DNA of 64,000 nt from Candidatus Latescibacterota bacterium (GTDB lineage Bacteria; Latescibacterota; UBA2968; UBA8231), in contig CBDCXV010000010.1 of NCBI GenBank assembly GCA_965223905.1, positions 2,048,001 through 2,112,000 of the forward strand, written 5' to 3'. The notes under the pieces were generated by a model that saw only the letters and a list, made by a program, of their open reading frames with translations, made no database searches and was not told the origin of the DNA. The first letter of the stretch is position 1. Each line of letters starts with the position of its first letter. Below are positions 41,241-51,542 of the stretch, in pieces. Made by a program: the position numbers and the translations under genes.

Positions 41241-41930
41241 CTAGGGGTACGTGAAAACCTCTGAATCCGGAAAGTCCGCCTTCCACCGGTTCCAGCGGGT
41301 GTAGAGGGAGCTGAGTTCCGGCAGCATCCGGTCGGCGTAGGTGCCGCCAATACAGGTCATGCCGTCGCCGGGCAGGTGGTACCACAGGCTTTCTGTCTCG
41401 TAGTCGTAAAGCACGAACTGGAGCCGATAAGTCCACCCGCTGGCGCTCAGGGTCAGGATCTTTCCGTCGATTTCTCGGCTGTACACGGCAGCCAAGTTGA
41501 CGTTCGGTCAGTAGGCCACGGCCACGTGCGCGTCCCCGAACTGCTCGTTTGCGACTTCGTGCCTGGCCAGAAGCTCGATGGGGTAGGCGCGCGTGAAACC
41601 GTTCAGGTTCGTCCCGATCACGAGAAAATCCTGGGTGTCGCGCGGGTAACTCAGATCGCCGGGGGACAGCATCCTGGCGTTGATTATGGGTTGGATGGCA
41701 AAAGGCCCCAGACCGTACTCGAACCTCAACGAGTCCATGCCGTATTTCCGCACCGCGTGGGTCACGTCCCAGGACTTGCCGGTCACGTCCTGTATGAAAA
41801 TCTCTCTTTCCTCCCCCTGCCCCTGATCGACCGAAGAAGCCGGCACGGACGTGTGGACCACATCGCTGCCGCAACCACTCGAAAGCACGGCGCAGAGCGC
41901 GAACAGAATGGCTGTGATCGCAAATTTCAT
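41241..41930 (-). CDS. DUF3179-family selenoprotein (lipoprotein), Sec at TGA 41508-41510
   Basis: The frame continues through TAC TGA CCG AAC (YUPNVN), at the family's YCPLC position. ETESLW motif downstream. LSSGC lipobox. Confidence 0.8.
41475..41495 (-). promoter_or_regulatory. Putative bacterial SECIS hairpin
   Basis: TTGGCTG-CCGTGTA-CAGCCGA, starting 12 nt after the TGA. Confidence 0.65.
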
Positions 41931-42044
41931 GGCACTATCTCCAGTTTTGCCCGAATCGGTGGTGAGACAGACGGCAGTGGGCAAGGGCTTTTGCCAGCCA
42001 ATACGTGGACTCCGCCATCCACTTCGCAACTGCCCCGGGACCGA

Positions 42045-42746
42045 CTAGGGAAACGCGAGGATTTTTGAATCCGGAAAGTCCCCCTTCCAGCGGTTCCAGG
42101 GGGTAAGGGTGGAGTTGAGTTCAGGCAAGAACCGGTCCGCGTAGGTGCCGCTGATGCAGGTCAGCCCGTCGGTGCCCTCCAGGTGGTACCACATGCTTTT
42201 GGTCTCGAAGTCGTAGAGCACGAAGGTGTTGCGATAGGTCCACCCGCTTGCGCCCAGGGTCAAGGTCTCTCCGTCGATTTCTCGGCTGTACACGGCAGCC
42301 AGGTTGGCCAGCGGTCAGTAGGCCACAGCCACGTGCGCTTCCCCGAATTGCTCGTTGGCCACTTCCTTCCAGCGCATGATAAAGATGGGGTAGGCGCGGG
42401 TGAAACCGTTGAGGTTGACCCCCACCACGAGAAAGTCGTCGTCGTCGGACGGGTAGTCCTGATCGCCGGGGGAAAGCATCCGGGGGTTCAGGATGGGCCT
42501 GATGGCATGTATCCCCATACCGTGTTCAAAGCGCTCGGGAACCATGCCGTATTTCTGCGCGTGGGTCACGTCCCAGGTCTTGGCCTCGAAGTCGATGATC
42601 GAGGCTTTCGGAAACTCGGTCTGGTCCCCCCCCTGATCGTTCGAAGGAGCCGGCTGGGGGGCAGGGTTGTAAACGGCATCGCGACCACAACCGCTTGAAA
42701 GCACGGCCCAAACTCCAAAAAGAACGACTGTACCAGCAAATCTCAT
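42045..42746 (-). CDS. DUF3179-family selenoprotein paralogue, Sec at TGA 42315-42317
   Basis: TAC TGA CCG CTG GCC AAC (YUPLAN) is in frame with the downstream domain (ETKSMW). LSSGC lipobox. Confidence 0.8.
42282..42302 (-). promoter_or_regulatory. Putative bacterial SECIS hairpin
   Basis: Same GGCTG-CCGTGTA-CAGCC hairpin at the same distance from the TGA. Confidence 0.65.
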
Positions 42747-42907
42747 GGGGTTGCCTTCAGGAAGAATTCACCCTGATCAGTGGGGGACGCGAAAGAGACC
42801 AGGCGCATGACGTGTTCAATATAGGGAAAGCTGGGTAAAATCCAGTCCCTGGGGTGAAGAATCCACCTTGCCCCCTCGCCACAACATTCGAGGTGGAATT
42901 GGGGACC

Positions 42908-44572
42908 TCAAGGCGGGTCCTCCGTGACGGTCAAAACCTGGTCGGCCTCGATCTCTTCGATCACCGTGACCATGCCGCTCGGCCACCGCACCTGCAGCTC
43001 GTCGATCCTGCCTTCATCCCCCAGTCCGAAGGCCACGCGACGGTCGTTCGAGGACAGGTAGCCGTAGCTGCCCTTGGCTTCCTTCATCTGCACCAGATCG
43101 CCGGACACTACCCGAATTCGCGCTCCGATCCCGTCCCGGTTGCTCCGTGTTCCCGCGGTGCTGACCGCCACCCAATGGTTCCTGTTGCCTCCCTCGTTGC
43201 GCAGCAGGGAGCACGGACCGTTCGAATTAGAGACGAACAGGTCGACATCTCCATCGTTGTCGTAGTCTCCGACGGCCGCACCGTGACTCACGCCCTCGAG
43301 GCGAAAGCCCGGTCCGGACACATCGGTCATCTCCCTGAATGTTCCATCCCGGTTGTTTCTGAAGAGCTGATTCCTCTGGGCATAGTCGGCTCGTGGGTCG
43401 TATTCCTTGACGTTCCTGTCCAGATGGCCGTTGGCGATGAACAAGTCCTGGTAGCCATCGTTGTCATAGTCGAGGAACAGGGCGGTCATCCCCAAGTAGG
43501 GCAGGCTCTCCCGGGCGATGCGAGCCTGAAGAGACACGTCGGTGAAGAAGCCGTCGCCATCGTTGTGGTAAAGCGTGTTGCCGTGCCATTGAAAGGTGGC
43601 GATGACTATGTCCAGATGGCCGTCGTTGTCGTAATCGGCGGCATCCGCCCCCATCCTCGGCTGGTCGGCCCCTTCTTCGGTATACGCCACGCCGGACGCC
43701 AGCGCTATGTCGGAGAACGTGCCGTCATTGTTGTTCTGAAACAGGAAATTCGGCGTTTTGTCGTTGGCGACGAAGAGGTCCGGATCCCCGTCATCGTCAT
43801 AGTCGCCGACAGCTACGCCGAATTGCCTCCCATCCGTCGTGAGAAGGCCCGCCTGTCCGGTCACATCGGTGAAGGAGTCTTTTCCCTTGTTCCTGTACAG
43901 GCGGCCCGACTGGCCCGGATAGGAGAGGGGGCCGCAGTAGATCCTTACCCTGCCGAGAATCCTCCCCGCTCTCCCCTGCAGACACAGCTTGTTGTGCTGG
44001 AGGTCGAACTCCAGGTAGTTGGCCACGTACAGATCGAGACCTCCGTTCCCGTCGTAGTCGACGAAAACCGCGTTCGTCCCCCAGCCCTCATCTCCCACCC
44101 CTGCGATATCGGTTACATCGAAAAAGGTCCCGTCGCCATCGTTTCGATACAGCAGATTCGCCCCGAAATTGGTCACGTAGAGATCCTGATCTCCGTCGTT
44201 GTCATAGTCGCCCGCCGCCGCGCCCATACCGTAACCGGTATCTCCGACTCCGGCCTCCCCGGTGACTTCGGCAAAGGTGCGGTCCCCCTCGTTCCGGTAG
44301 AGACTGTTCCTGGGTTCCGGATCGCCGCGGAAGCCCGGCATGGGAGCCCCGTTGACGATGTAGAGATCGAGAAACCCGTCGTTGTCATAGTCGAAGAAAG
44401 CCGCCCCTGAACCCATTGGTTCGGGCATGTACTTCCCGCCGCTGGCACCGTCGACATAGCGGAACTCGATGCCGGATTCCGAGGTCACGTCAACGAACTT
44501 CACCGGCTGAGCGATGGCCCTGCCGATGAGAATCGCGAACACTGGCACGACCACCAGGACATTAGCGGACAA
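42908..44572 (-). CDS. CRTAC1-family (FG-GAP + ASPIC/UnbV) secreted protein
   Basis: DYDNDG repeats and an NRDGIGARI...FGLG C-terminus. Likely TTG start after GGAGG. Confidence 0.85.
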   Translation of the reverse strand: MSANVLVVVPVFAILIGRAIAQPVKFVDVTSESGIEFRYVDGASGGKYMPEPMGSGAAFFDYDNDGFLDLYIVNGAPMPGFRGDPEPRNSLYRNEGDRTFAEVTGEAGVGDTGYGMGAAAGDYDNDGDQDLYVTNFGANLLYRNDGDGTFFDVTDIAGVGDEGWGTNAVFVDYDGNGGLDLYVANYLEFDLQHNKLCLQGRAGRILGRVRIYCGPLSYPGQSGRLYRNKGKDSFTDVTGQAGLLTTDGRQFGVAVGDYDDDGDPDLFVANDKTPNFLFQNNNDGTFSDIALASGVAYTEEGADQPRMGADAADYDNDGHLDIVIATFQWHGNTLYHNDGDGFFTDVSLQARIARESLPYLGMTALFLDYDNDGYQDLFIANGHLDRNVKEYDPRADYAQRNQLFRNNRDGTFREMTDVSGPGFRLEGVSHGAAVGDYDNDGDVDLFVSNSNGPCSLLRNEGGNRNHWVAVSTAGTRSNRDGIGARIRVVSGDLVQMKEAKGSYGYLSSNDRRVAFGLGDEGRIDELQVRWPSGMVTVIEEIEADQVLTVTEDPP

Positions 44573-44663
44573 GATCGACCCTCCGGCAACCGCCGGCTCC
44601 ACATACCATTTATTACTCCGTAGAAGTGGGAAATTCCATTCCCGTATCGAGGACCCGCACTGT

Positions 44664-46631
44664 TCAGTAGGCCATGCTCAATCCATTACCTCTCATCCCG
44701 GTGAAATAGTCGACGATGAGCCATAATCCCCCGGCGACGAACTGGCCGAGGATCAACCCGTAGAAAAGGGGCCAGAGGGAGCGATAGGCCTTGAGGCCGC
44801 CGTACTTCAACAGGATCGACTTGATCGACCAGGCCAGGAAGGTCGGAAACCAGGCCGTGTCCATCACACGGTCCATGCTGACCACGAATCCCAGAGGATG
44901 TAGCGGCCACCACAGGAATCGGCGCTGCAGGAACAGCAGGCCCGTCATCACCCCGGCCCCAATCAGCCGGATGAGCCAACCCAATCCGTTCGGCCCGGCA
45001 TTCTCCTCGACCCTGCTCGACACATACGCCCAGGTGAAGTCGGGCAGGTAGCCCACGGAACGAGCTACGTTGATGCCCCCATCCCGGTAGGTTACCCACA
45101 ACGACGTCCAGAACGTGCTGACCGCAGAAATCGCGATGGCGATGGCGATCGCCAGCAACAGCCAGCGCTTTCGATGGGCGATCTCGCCGCTCAGCTTCAG
45201 CCCCGTGGCGGTGTGCGCCATCATCGTGCTCGCCAGCGATTCCGTCCATATCACCGTGGGGCCCAGCGCCGCCATCCCCGCAGGCCCGATGTAGCGCACC
45301 CCGCCCCCGGAGACCACGAAGTCCAAGGGGATGTTGCGCGGAAACACCATCGGCAGCCCCGCCTCGGCGATGATGCGCGTCAGGCTGACGAAGGTCACCA
45401 GGGCCCCGAACAGAAACAGCGGCCCAGCCCACAGGGGAAGTCCGGTGCGCCACAGCCACAGAACCATCACGACCAGTCCGATGATCACCCCCCATACCGC
45501 GGTGCGGTAGGACATGATCTCACTGGAATCGTCCACGGAGGCATCCCCGCGGAACGCCTTGCGGAACACCGCCCGCAGATGCCCCCGGGCTATCCACAGC
45601 CCGAACAGCACCAGCGCTATCATCGCCCCGATGCTCTGATGCGCCAGGATTCCCCTGACGCCGCCGCCGCCCCCGTAGTTGGACAGAGCTTCCCCGATAC
45701 CGGCTCCCGCAAGGTGAAGCACACCCTCCTCGAGGCGGCGCAAAACGTAGAACACCCACATCCCGAGCATGACGTCCGCCTTGAGGAAGTACGCGAACCC
45801 CAGGATCATCAGGTTTAGCGAGAAGCCCAGATCCGCAACCCGTCGCAGCAGAGAGATCCGTCCCAGATGTCTCGGAATCACCGGAACGAAGGGGAAGTAG
45901 TGGTGCAGGGCATTGAGGGTCTCCCGGACGAACGTCAGCAGCAAACCCACCCACATCAGCCCGCTCTTGAAAAAAGGGGCCACCAGCGAGCCGCCGGGCG
46001 GCGGTTCGACCATCGCCAGCGGAACTTTGGTTATGGGATAGATCAGGTGTTCGTGTTCCACCCACTGGCGGCGAAGAATAACCATCGAACAGATGCTGAC
46101 CATCCACAACGCCACCATGAACAGCAACCACCAGAACAGGGGCGGCAACCACATGCCCCAGGGGATGGATTCCCCTTCCGGCAGGCCTTCGAAGAACCAC
46201 CGGATCCCCAGCTCGTCCTGGGGGACCATCCATTTCGCTACGTAGGGATGAACCCGCTCGGCCCATTCGTTCTCCGGCGTCGCCAGGTAGGACACCCCGG
46301 CGGTGGACCCCAACAGCATCAGGCAGAATCCGTTGCGCTCTCCACCCGAGAAAGCCGTGGCGACGACCATCATGATGTAGATCGTCAACAGCTCCCCCCC
46401 GCCCAGGGCAAGCCTCCGGTGAATCGCTCCCAACAGCACCTGGACGACACCGACCCACAGGAAGAACAGGAAGAAGGCGGCCGGAGCGTTCAACGAGCTC
46501 ATATGGCTGCCCATGATGACGTAGGCACCGTAGGGCACACCCACGCCGATCACCAGGCTGAGGCCGGCCCCGATGACCAGCGAGCGCAACGTAACCCCGG
46601 AGGGCGAGGTCGTCTCTATTCCCCCTGACAA
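44664..46631 (-). CDS. DUF6785/DUF6784-like polytopic membrane protein (putative transporter)
   Basis: ELLTIYIMM, RRQWVEHEHLIYPI, WWPLHPLGF and KYGG...PLFYGLILG motifs. Many TM helices. Confidence 0.75.
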   Translation of the reverse strand: MSGGIETTSPSGVTLRSLVIGAGLSLVIGVGVPYGAYVIMGSHMSSLNAPAAFFLFFLWVGVVQVLLGAIHRRLALGGGELLTIYIMMVVATAFSGGERNGFCLMLLGSTAGVSYLATPENEWAERVHPYVAKWMVPQDELGIRWFFEGLPEGESIPWGMWLPPLFWWLLFMVALWMVSICSMVILRRQWVEHEHLIYPITKVPLAMVEPPPGGSLVAPFFKSGLMWVGLLLTFVRETLNALHHYFPFVPVIPRHLGRISLLRRVADLGFSLNLMILGFAYFLKADVMLGMWVFYVLRRLEEGVLHLAGAGIGEALSNYGGGGGVRGILAHQSIGAMIALVLFGLWIARGHLRAVFRKAFRGDASVDDSSEIMSYRTAVWGVIIGLVVMVLWLWRTGLPLWAGPLFLFGALVTFVSLTRIIAEAGLPMVFPRNIPLDFVVSGGGVRYIGPAGMAALGPTVIWTESLASTMMAHTATGLKLSGEIAHRKRWLLLAIAIAIAISAVSTFWTSLWVTYRDGGINVARSVGYLPDFTWAYVSSRVEENAGPNGLGWLIRLIGAGVMTGLLFLQRRFLWWPLHPLGFVVSMDRVMDTAWFPTFLAWSIKSILLKYGGLKAYRSLWPLFYGLILGQFVAGGLWLIVDYFTGMRGNGLSMAY

Positions 46632-46762
46632 ACCCGGTAGTTTCCCTCTCGAGTGTCGCGAGGAAACCTCGACGACCTACTCAATTCGAATTGTGACAGG
46701 ATGCAACTGGAATGAGATGGAGACGGGCTCTGAGAGAGGCCCGAGGAGGAGGAGGAGGACTA

Positions 46763-48001
46763 CTACTCGATCTCCTCAAACGAAAACGGATACACCACTG
46801 TTACATCGGTCACCGGAGGACGTCTCTGAACTCTCGTGGTTTCGTCCCGACGCGATTCAGCCGCCTGCCCGGGCTCGCCACCCCGGGAGGTGGCCTGTTG
46901 AGTCGGCCTCGCCCGCTGTGCAAACTGTCCGGCGGGTTGGAACTGCCAGCGCCGCACTTCGGCCATGATACAGGCGCCCACCCCCGCATTCATGACCGTG
47001 GACCTGGTCACACTCACAGCCTCGACCACGCCGTTCACACGAATCGTGAACTGAACCTCGACGGCGCCCTCGACTGCCTCTCCCCGGTCGAAGGCCTCGG
47101 CAAAACATCGCCGCAGGTCAGTGAGGTTGCGGTCGACTATTGAGTTGATCGCGCCCGTGTCCCGGGCGAGATCTCCCTGCTGGTTGCCGCGGATCTGGCG
47201 GGGTCCCCGGATGACCACCCGCGTCGTCTGCGTGGTCCCCTTGCCTGCATCCGCGTCCTCTTCCCCTACCACCTGCCGGCTGACCAGACGGCTGAAATCG
47301 AACGGAATGTCGATTGTCTCGGCGGGATTCCCCGAGGCGTCGAACTTGTGCGCGAAATCCTTGAGAATCAGACGCGCGTTGCGAACCTTGGAATGAAGGG
47401 GATCGAAAACGATGAACCCGGTGTAGTTCTCCCCCTTGAAGATCACCTCGTCTTCTCCGTACGCGGTTCCCCGCACGATCCCTATCCGTTTGGAAAAGCG
47501 ATAATGCTCATTGCCGCTGATGCCTCGCAACGCCCGGTAGTACCCCTCCAGACTTTTGCGATCAGCCACGGGGGCGACTGTATAGGATTGCAGATAGTCT
47601 CCCCGATCCGTCAACAGGATCACCTTGAGGGGATCCAACTGCATCCTGGAGTAGGTGTAGTTGTACACGGAAACGTTGAACACGGTGAAACGATTGGGAA
47701 CGTACCCCACGTTCCGGTCCATCCAATCCCCGTAGGTGTAGGGATTGGTCGATAGTTTCCCTCCCCTGGAATCGTCGGGGAACATCCCGTTCAACGCCTG
47801 ATCGGTCATATGCTGCACATCGATCCGGGAGCCCTCCAGGTGGTAGGAGACTACTCCGTCATCCCCTATGGAATACTCCTCGCGCTCCGCTTCCTTCGGC
47901 TCGAGGACCGAACGGTACTCGACTTTCTGCAACGTCAGGCACGCGGTGAGGAAAGTCAGGGCCGTCAGCATACCGGAACGCAGGACACGGCAAGGTATCA
48001 T
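46763..48001 (-). CDS. Lipoprotein with a C-terminal TonB-C/AgmX-PglI-like domain
   Basis: LTAC lipobox, CF...EGAVEVQFTIRVNGVV...CIMAEVRRWQF...VVYPFSF. Confidence 0.7.
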   Translation of the reverse strand: MIPCRVLRSGMLTALTFLTACLTLQKVEYRSVLEPKEAEREEYSIGDDGVVSYHLEGSRIDVQHMTDQALNGMFPDDSRGGKLSTNPYTYGDWMDRNVGYVPNRFTVFNVSVYNYTYSRMQLDPLKVILLTDRGDYLQSYTVAPVADRKSLEGYYRALRGISGNEHYRFSKRIGIVRGTAYGEDEVIFKGENYTGFIVFDPLHSKVRNARLILKDFAHKFDASGNPAETIDIPFDFSRLVSRQVVGEEDADAGKGTTQTTRVVIRGPRQIRGNQQGDLARDTGAINSIVDRNLTDLRRCFAEAFDRGEAVEGAVEVQFTIRVNGVVEAVSVTRSTVMNAGVGACIMAEVRRWQFQPAGQFAQRARPTQQATSRGGEPGQAAESRRDETTRVQRRPPVTDVTVVYPFSFEEIE

Positions 48002-48056
48002 GAGTCTCAACTCCTGCAGCAATCGTATCGGCGCCAACCCACTGCTCCGAAGGGCC

Positions 48057-49832
48057 TCATCCGTTGGGAGTGAGCCGCAGCAGGCGGCGCACCGCGCTCC
48101 AGCCTTCGGTAAAGGGACCGACCGGGACGTAATCCCCGGGATACGGACGGCCGAAGTAGTCGCAACTCAACAGCTCGTCGCGCGGCACCGTCGGGACCGC
48201 ATCGGTCGCCGAGGACCAAGCCAGAAGCTGGTCCCGGGGATCGATCGCAACGTCGAGCCGGGCGGTCCGGCTGTGGGTGTCGAGACCGGACTCCTGCCAG
48301 TCGCCGAGACTGAACCCCTCGCCCATGCCGGAGAGGATGTTGTTGTCCGAGACGTTCTCCATGACGACGTATTCGAATGGGATCGGACACCGGGCGATGA
48401 TGTTGTTGATGATGCGGTTGTCCTTGCAGACGCCCACGCGGTCCCTGGTGGGATTCTTGCGCATGTGAACCCCGGCGTGATCGCAATTCAGTACCAGGTT
48501 GTGGGCGATCAGAAGCTGGTCACAGTCCTGCTGGTAAATGCCGCTACCCGCCTCGACGTTGTAGACGACGTTGTGGTCGATCAGGTTGGGGAACTTCGAC
48601 GCCTCGAAGAAGATCGCCCCGGAGGTCGACGCGATGTCGTGCACCAGATTCCGGCATACTCGGGAATTCCGGTTGGCGAAATCGATCCAGATTCCCGGGG
48701 CGGCGCAACAATGGTGGATGTGATTACACTGCACCACCGAGTCGACGACGATGAGGATCTTTATACCGGCCGTCTCCCAGTAGCGCTCCACCTCCTGCCA
48801 GCCGCAGTCGTGGATGTGATTGCCGGCCACCAGGTTGCGCGGGACGACGGTTCCCTGAATGCCGCCCGTGCCGCAATCGTACACCTGATTGCGCTGGACC
48901 AGATGACCGCCCGTCGTCTCCTCCAGCTCATTGCGGTTTTCATCCTCAAAGCTCTCGTCGGTGAAGCCGCCGATCTCGATCCCCACCGAATTGATGTGGC
49001 GGACGGTGTTGTCCTCGATGATCCAGTGGTGGCCGCCCCAGGTCGTCACCGCGCCGTTGCCGGAGCGGATGAAACCGTTGCCGGCGTGCTCGAAGGTCAA
49101 CCCCCTGATGAGGATATACCCCAGCCCCCTGAGCTGCGGATTGAACAGAAACTGCCGGGCGGTGGCCTCGATCTGGCAGCTGTTGGGATCGCGGCGATCG
49201 AAGGGGTGCATGAGCAGCGTGCGGTTCTCCGCATCGATCCAGAACGCCCCGGGGACCCGGGGCAGGTCGTCGCGCGTCCCGAGCTGGGTCAGACGCCGGC
49301 CGTCCTGGAAAACCATTGCCCGGGGCAAGGTGTGCGGGGCCCGTCCACGCTCCGCGTGGGCCCAGTGCATGAGCTCGAAGTCCGCCTCGGTGGTATTGAC
49401 CACGGCAAAGGGATGATCCCCTTCGAAGAAGGCCTCGGGCAGCTCTGCCGTCCACACGCTCAACGACCGCGCCGCACCGGTATGTGTCCACGTCCCGCTG
49501 ATCGCCTGGGAGCCGCGGATGATCGCTTCGGCCCCCGGGGCGGCCTCGAAGCCGATCATCCCGTCCGCGCCGGTGCCGCCGCGTCGAGGCCGCACCCACT
49601 CGCGGTAGACGCCCGACTTTATCAGCACCTTCCCGGCCGGCTCGACGACCTCGGCGGCGCGCTGAATCGTGAGAAAGGGAGCCTCTTCGGTGCCTGGATT
49701 GTCGTCGGCCGCCCCCGGATGCTGTTGATCGACATAGTACACCTTCCGGTAGTCGGTCTCATCCTCCCAAGCCAGGAACCGGGTCCCGTCCGGAAGAGCC
49801 GGTAGATCCCAAGGGCTCGATCGCGTGGTCAT
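48057..49832 (-). CDS. Right-handed parallel beta-helix protein (DUF1565; pectin-lyase-like fold)
   Basis: GTEEAPFLTIQRAA...GVYRE, HHWIIEDN and repeated N.I..C....GI units. Confidence 0.8.
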   Translation of the reverse strand: MTTRSSPWDLPALPDGTRFLAWEDETDYRKVYYVDQQHPGAADDNPGTEEAPFLTIQRAAEVVEPAGKVLIKSGVYREWVRPRRGGTGADGMIGFEAAPGAEAIIRGSQAISGTWTHTGAARSLSVWTAELPEAFFEGDHPFAVVNTTEADFELMHWAHAERGRAPHTLPRAMVFQDGRRLTQLGTRDDLPRVPGAFWIDAENRTLLMHPFDRRDPNSCQIEATARQFLFNPQLRGLGYILIRGLTFEHAGNGFIRSGNGAVTTWGGHHWIIEDNTVRHINSVGIEIGGFTDESFEDENRNELEETTGGHLVQRNQVYDCGTGGIQGTVVPRNLVAGNHIHDCGWQEVERYWETAGIKILIVVDSVVQCNHIHHCCAAPGIWIDFANRNSRVCRNLVHDIASTSGAIFFEASKFPNLIDHNVVYNVEAGSGIYQQDCDQLLIAHNLVLNCDHAGVHMRKNPTRDRVGVCKDNRIINNIIARCPIPFEYVVMENVSDNNILSGMGEGFSLGDWQESGLDTHSRTARLDVAIDPRDQLLAWSSATDAVPTVPRDELLSCDYFGRPYPGDYVPVGPFTEGWSAVRRLLRLTPNG

Positions 49833-49861
49833 TTCTTCGATATCCCGTACATGCAGGTTCG

Positions 49862-51061
49862 TCAGCGTTGACTGTAGAAATCGATCTGCTGCTGTGCGAT
49901 CGAGCCCTGTTGCGTCAGGGCGAATACCACCAGATTCAGCCCCATCTTCAGCTGCGGCTCGTTCTCGTACTCTCTCTGCCAGATCCTCCCATACGCCTTG
50001 TCCGAATAGACCGCCACCAGCCGTCCTTCCAGAAAAATCCCCTCCAGGTGCGGCGCCGGAATCCCATCTCCACTGCCGCCCCGGGAGCCTTCGACCTCTC
50101 CACCGGGCGGGGGTCCATCGTCGAAGTCGAAAAAGCTGTGATGGATGGGGTGATCGTTCGAGAGGATCTGGAATCGCGCATCCTTCCCGAGCACGTCCCG
50201 GAACATCTTCCGGAGCGAGGCTTCAGCCGGGCCGTATTCCAGACCCGGCACACCGTTCTCCGCGAATATGAACCCTCCCATCCTCATGTACTCCCCTACG
50301 TTGCGGGCCTCGTGTGCGGTGAGATTGAATCCCTTGTTCGCGGTGATGTACACGAACGGCGCCTTGAACAGATCGCGCGAATCCAGAGGCAGGCGTTCCT
50401 CCACCTTGGCGTTGATCAAGGTGTACTTGTTGACAGCCCTCGCCAGTTGTGGGATCGCCCGGGGCGTCGGGGGATCCAGCTCCTCCCCCACTGCCAACGC
50501 GAGGTACACGAACCCCTGAATGTCCTGCTTGTCCGTCGGATTCTGGATTACGAGCCCCTTGTATTTCCCCGTGTCCAACGCATCGAGATCGAGAAACTCC
50601 TCCTGCATGCTGAGGCGCTTCTCAGGCTCCTTGGTGCTGGCCAATCGCGCGAAAGCCGCGGTCTCCGGCACGACCGCATCTCCACCCACGGTCGCCCCGC
50701 TTTCGATCGCATAGTTGAACGTCGCCACCGTTCCGAACACATCCGGGCGGTTGATGCGCTCGGCGATTGCGATGTCGGGGACGGCCTCCGCTTCGACTCT
50801 CCTTCGCGTCATCTTCCGCTGAACCCGCTTTTTCTTCAACTCGAACGGCTTTGTCAACCTGGGAGTCCGCATCACGAACTCGACCGTGGGCGGCTGCGCT
50901 TCCCGGATCGCCGTCCTGGAAATCAGCAGATAGGCCAACAACCCTGCGTGCGCCAACAGGGCAATGACCAGACCGGCGATCACCAACCGGCGGTTCTCGG
51001 CGCTCAGCCGGTCCAACCTCAACGCATCGGCTGGTCCCTCGAATCGTCCGCGCTGCGCCAT
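49862..51061 (-). CDS. DUF4159 domain protein with a TonB-like N-terminal anchor
   Basis: One TM helix with ALLAH, a basic/Pro linker, then PFVYIT, GGFIFAEN, DHPIHHSFF and MGLNLVVFALT. Confidence 0.75.
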   Translation of the reverse strand: MAQRGRFEGPADALRLDRLSAENRRLVIAGLVIALLAHAGLLAYLLISRTAIREAQPPTVEFVMRTPRLTKPFELKKKRVQRKMTRRRVEAEAVPDIAIAERINRPDVFGTVATFNYAIESGATVGGDAVVPETAAFARLASTKEPEKRLSMQEEFLDLDALDTGKYKGLVIQNPTDKQDIQGFVYLALAVGEELDPPTPRAIPQLARAVNKYTLINAKVEERLPLDSRDLFKAPFVYITANKGFNLTAHEARNVGEYMRMGGFIFAENGVPGLEYGPAEASLRKMFRDVLGKDARFQILSNDHPIHHSFFDFDDGPPPGGEVEGSRGGSGDGIPAPHLEGIFLEGRLVAVYSDKAYGRIWQREYENEPQLKMGLNLVVFALTQQGSIAQQQIDFYSQR

Positions 51062-51081
51062 CGATTCTCCCAACGAATTGT

Positions 51082-51519
51082 TTAGTACACCAACACCGAA
51101 TCGACAGCCGAGGCGGGTCCTCTGAACAACCGTTCGTCCACCGCGCTGACCTGGAAGTAGAACCAGGTCGAGTCGACGAACCCCTCGGCCGTCAAGCTGG
51201 ACTCTTCGATGGTGTGGGTCGTCTCCTTCACAAGGGTCTCCCTCAGAAGTCCCGTGCTGTCGGAGATCGAGACCGCATACCCCTTTACATTCGCTTCGTC
51301 CGCAATCGTCCAGGTCAGCACGATCCGCTCCTCGTCGACGAACTCCCCCTGAAGATCCCTGGGCGTGTCGAGCAACGTCCTGTGAAACGCTACGGGAGCT
51401 TCGTGCTCCTTGCTGCAGAAAAGGGAGCCCGCCCCCAGCATACCCCCCAAAAGGACATGCCATACCTTCAGGCGGCCGAACCCCTGTCGCGCCGTCGATT
51501 CCTGTCTCTTCCGTACCAC
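51082..51519 (-). CDS. Small fibronectin type III-like exported protein
   Basis: TPRDL...IVLTW...GYAV...YFQVSAVD...GPAS. Confidence 0.65.
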   Translation of the reverse strand: MVRKRQESTARQGFGRLKVWHVLLGGMLGAGSLFCSKEHEAPVAFHRTLLDTPRDLQGEFVDEERIVLTWTIADEANVKGYAVSISDSTGLLRETLVKETTHTIEESSLTAEGFVDSTWFYFQVSAVDERLFRGPASAVDSVLVY

Positions 51520-51542
51520 GATCCCAATCCTCCGCCAGTCGG

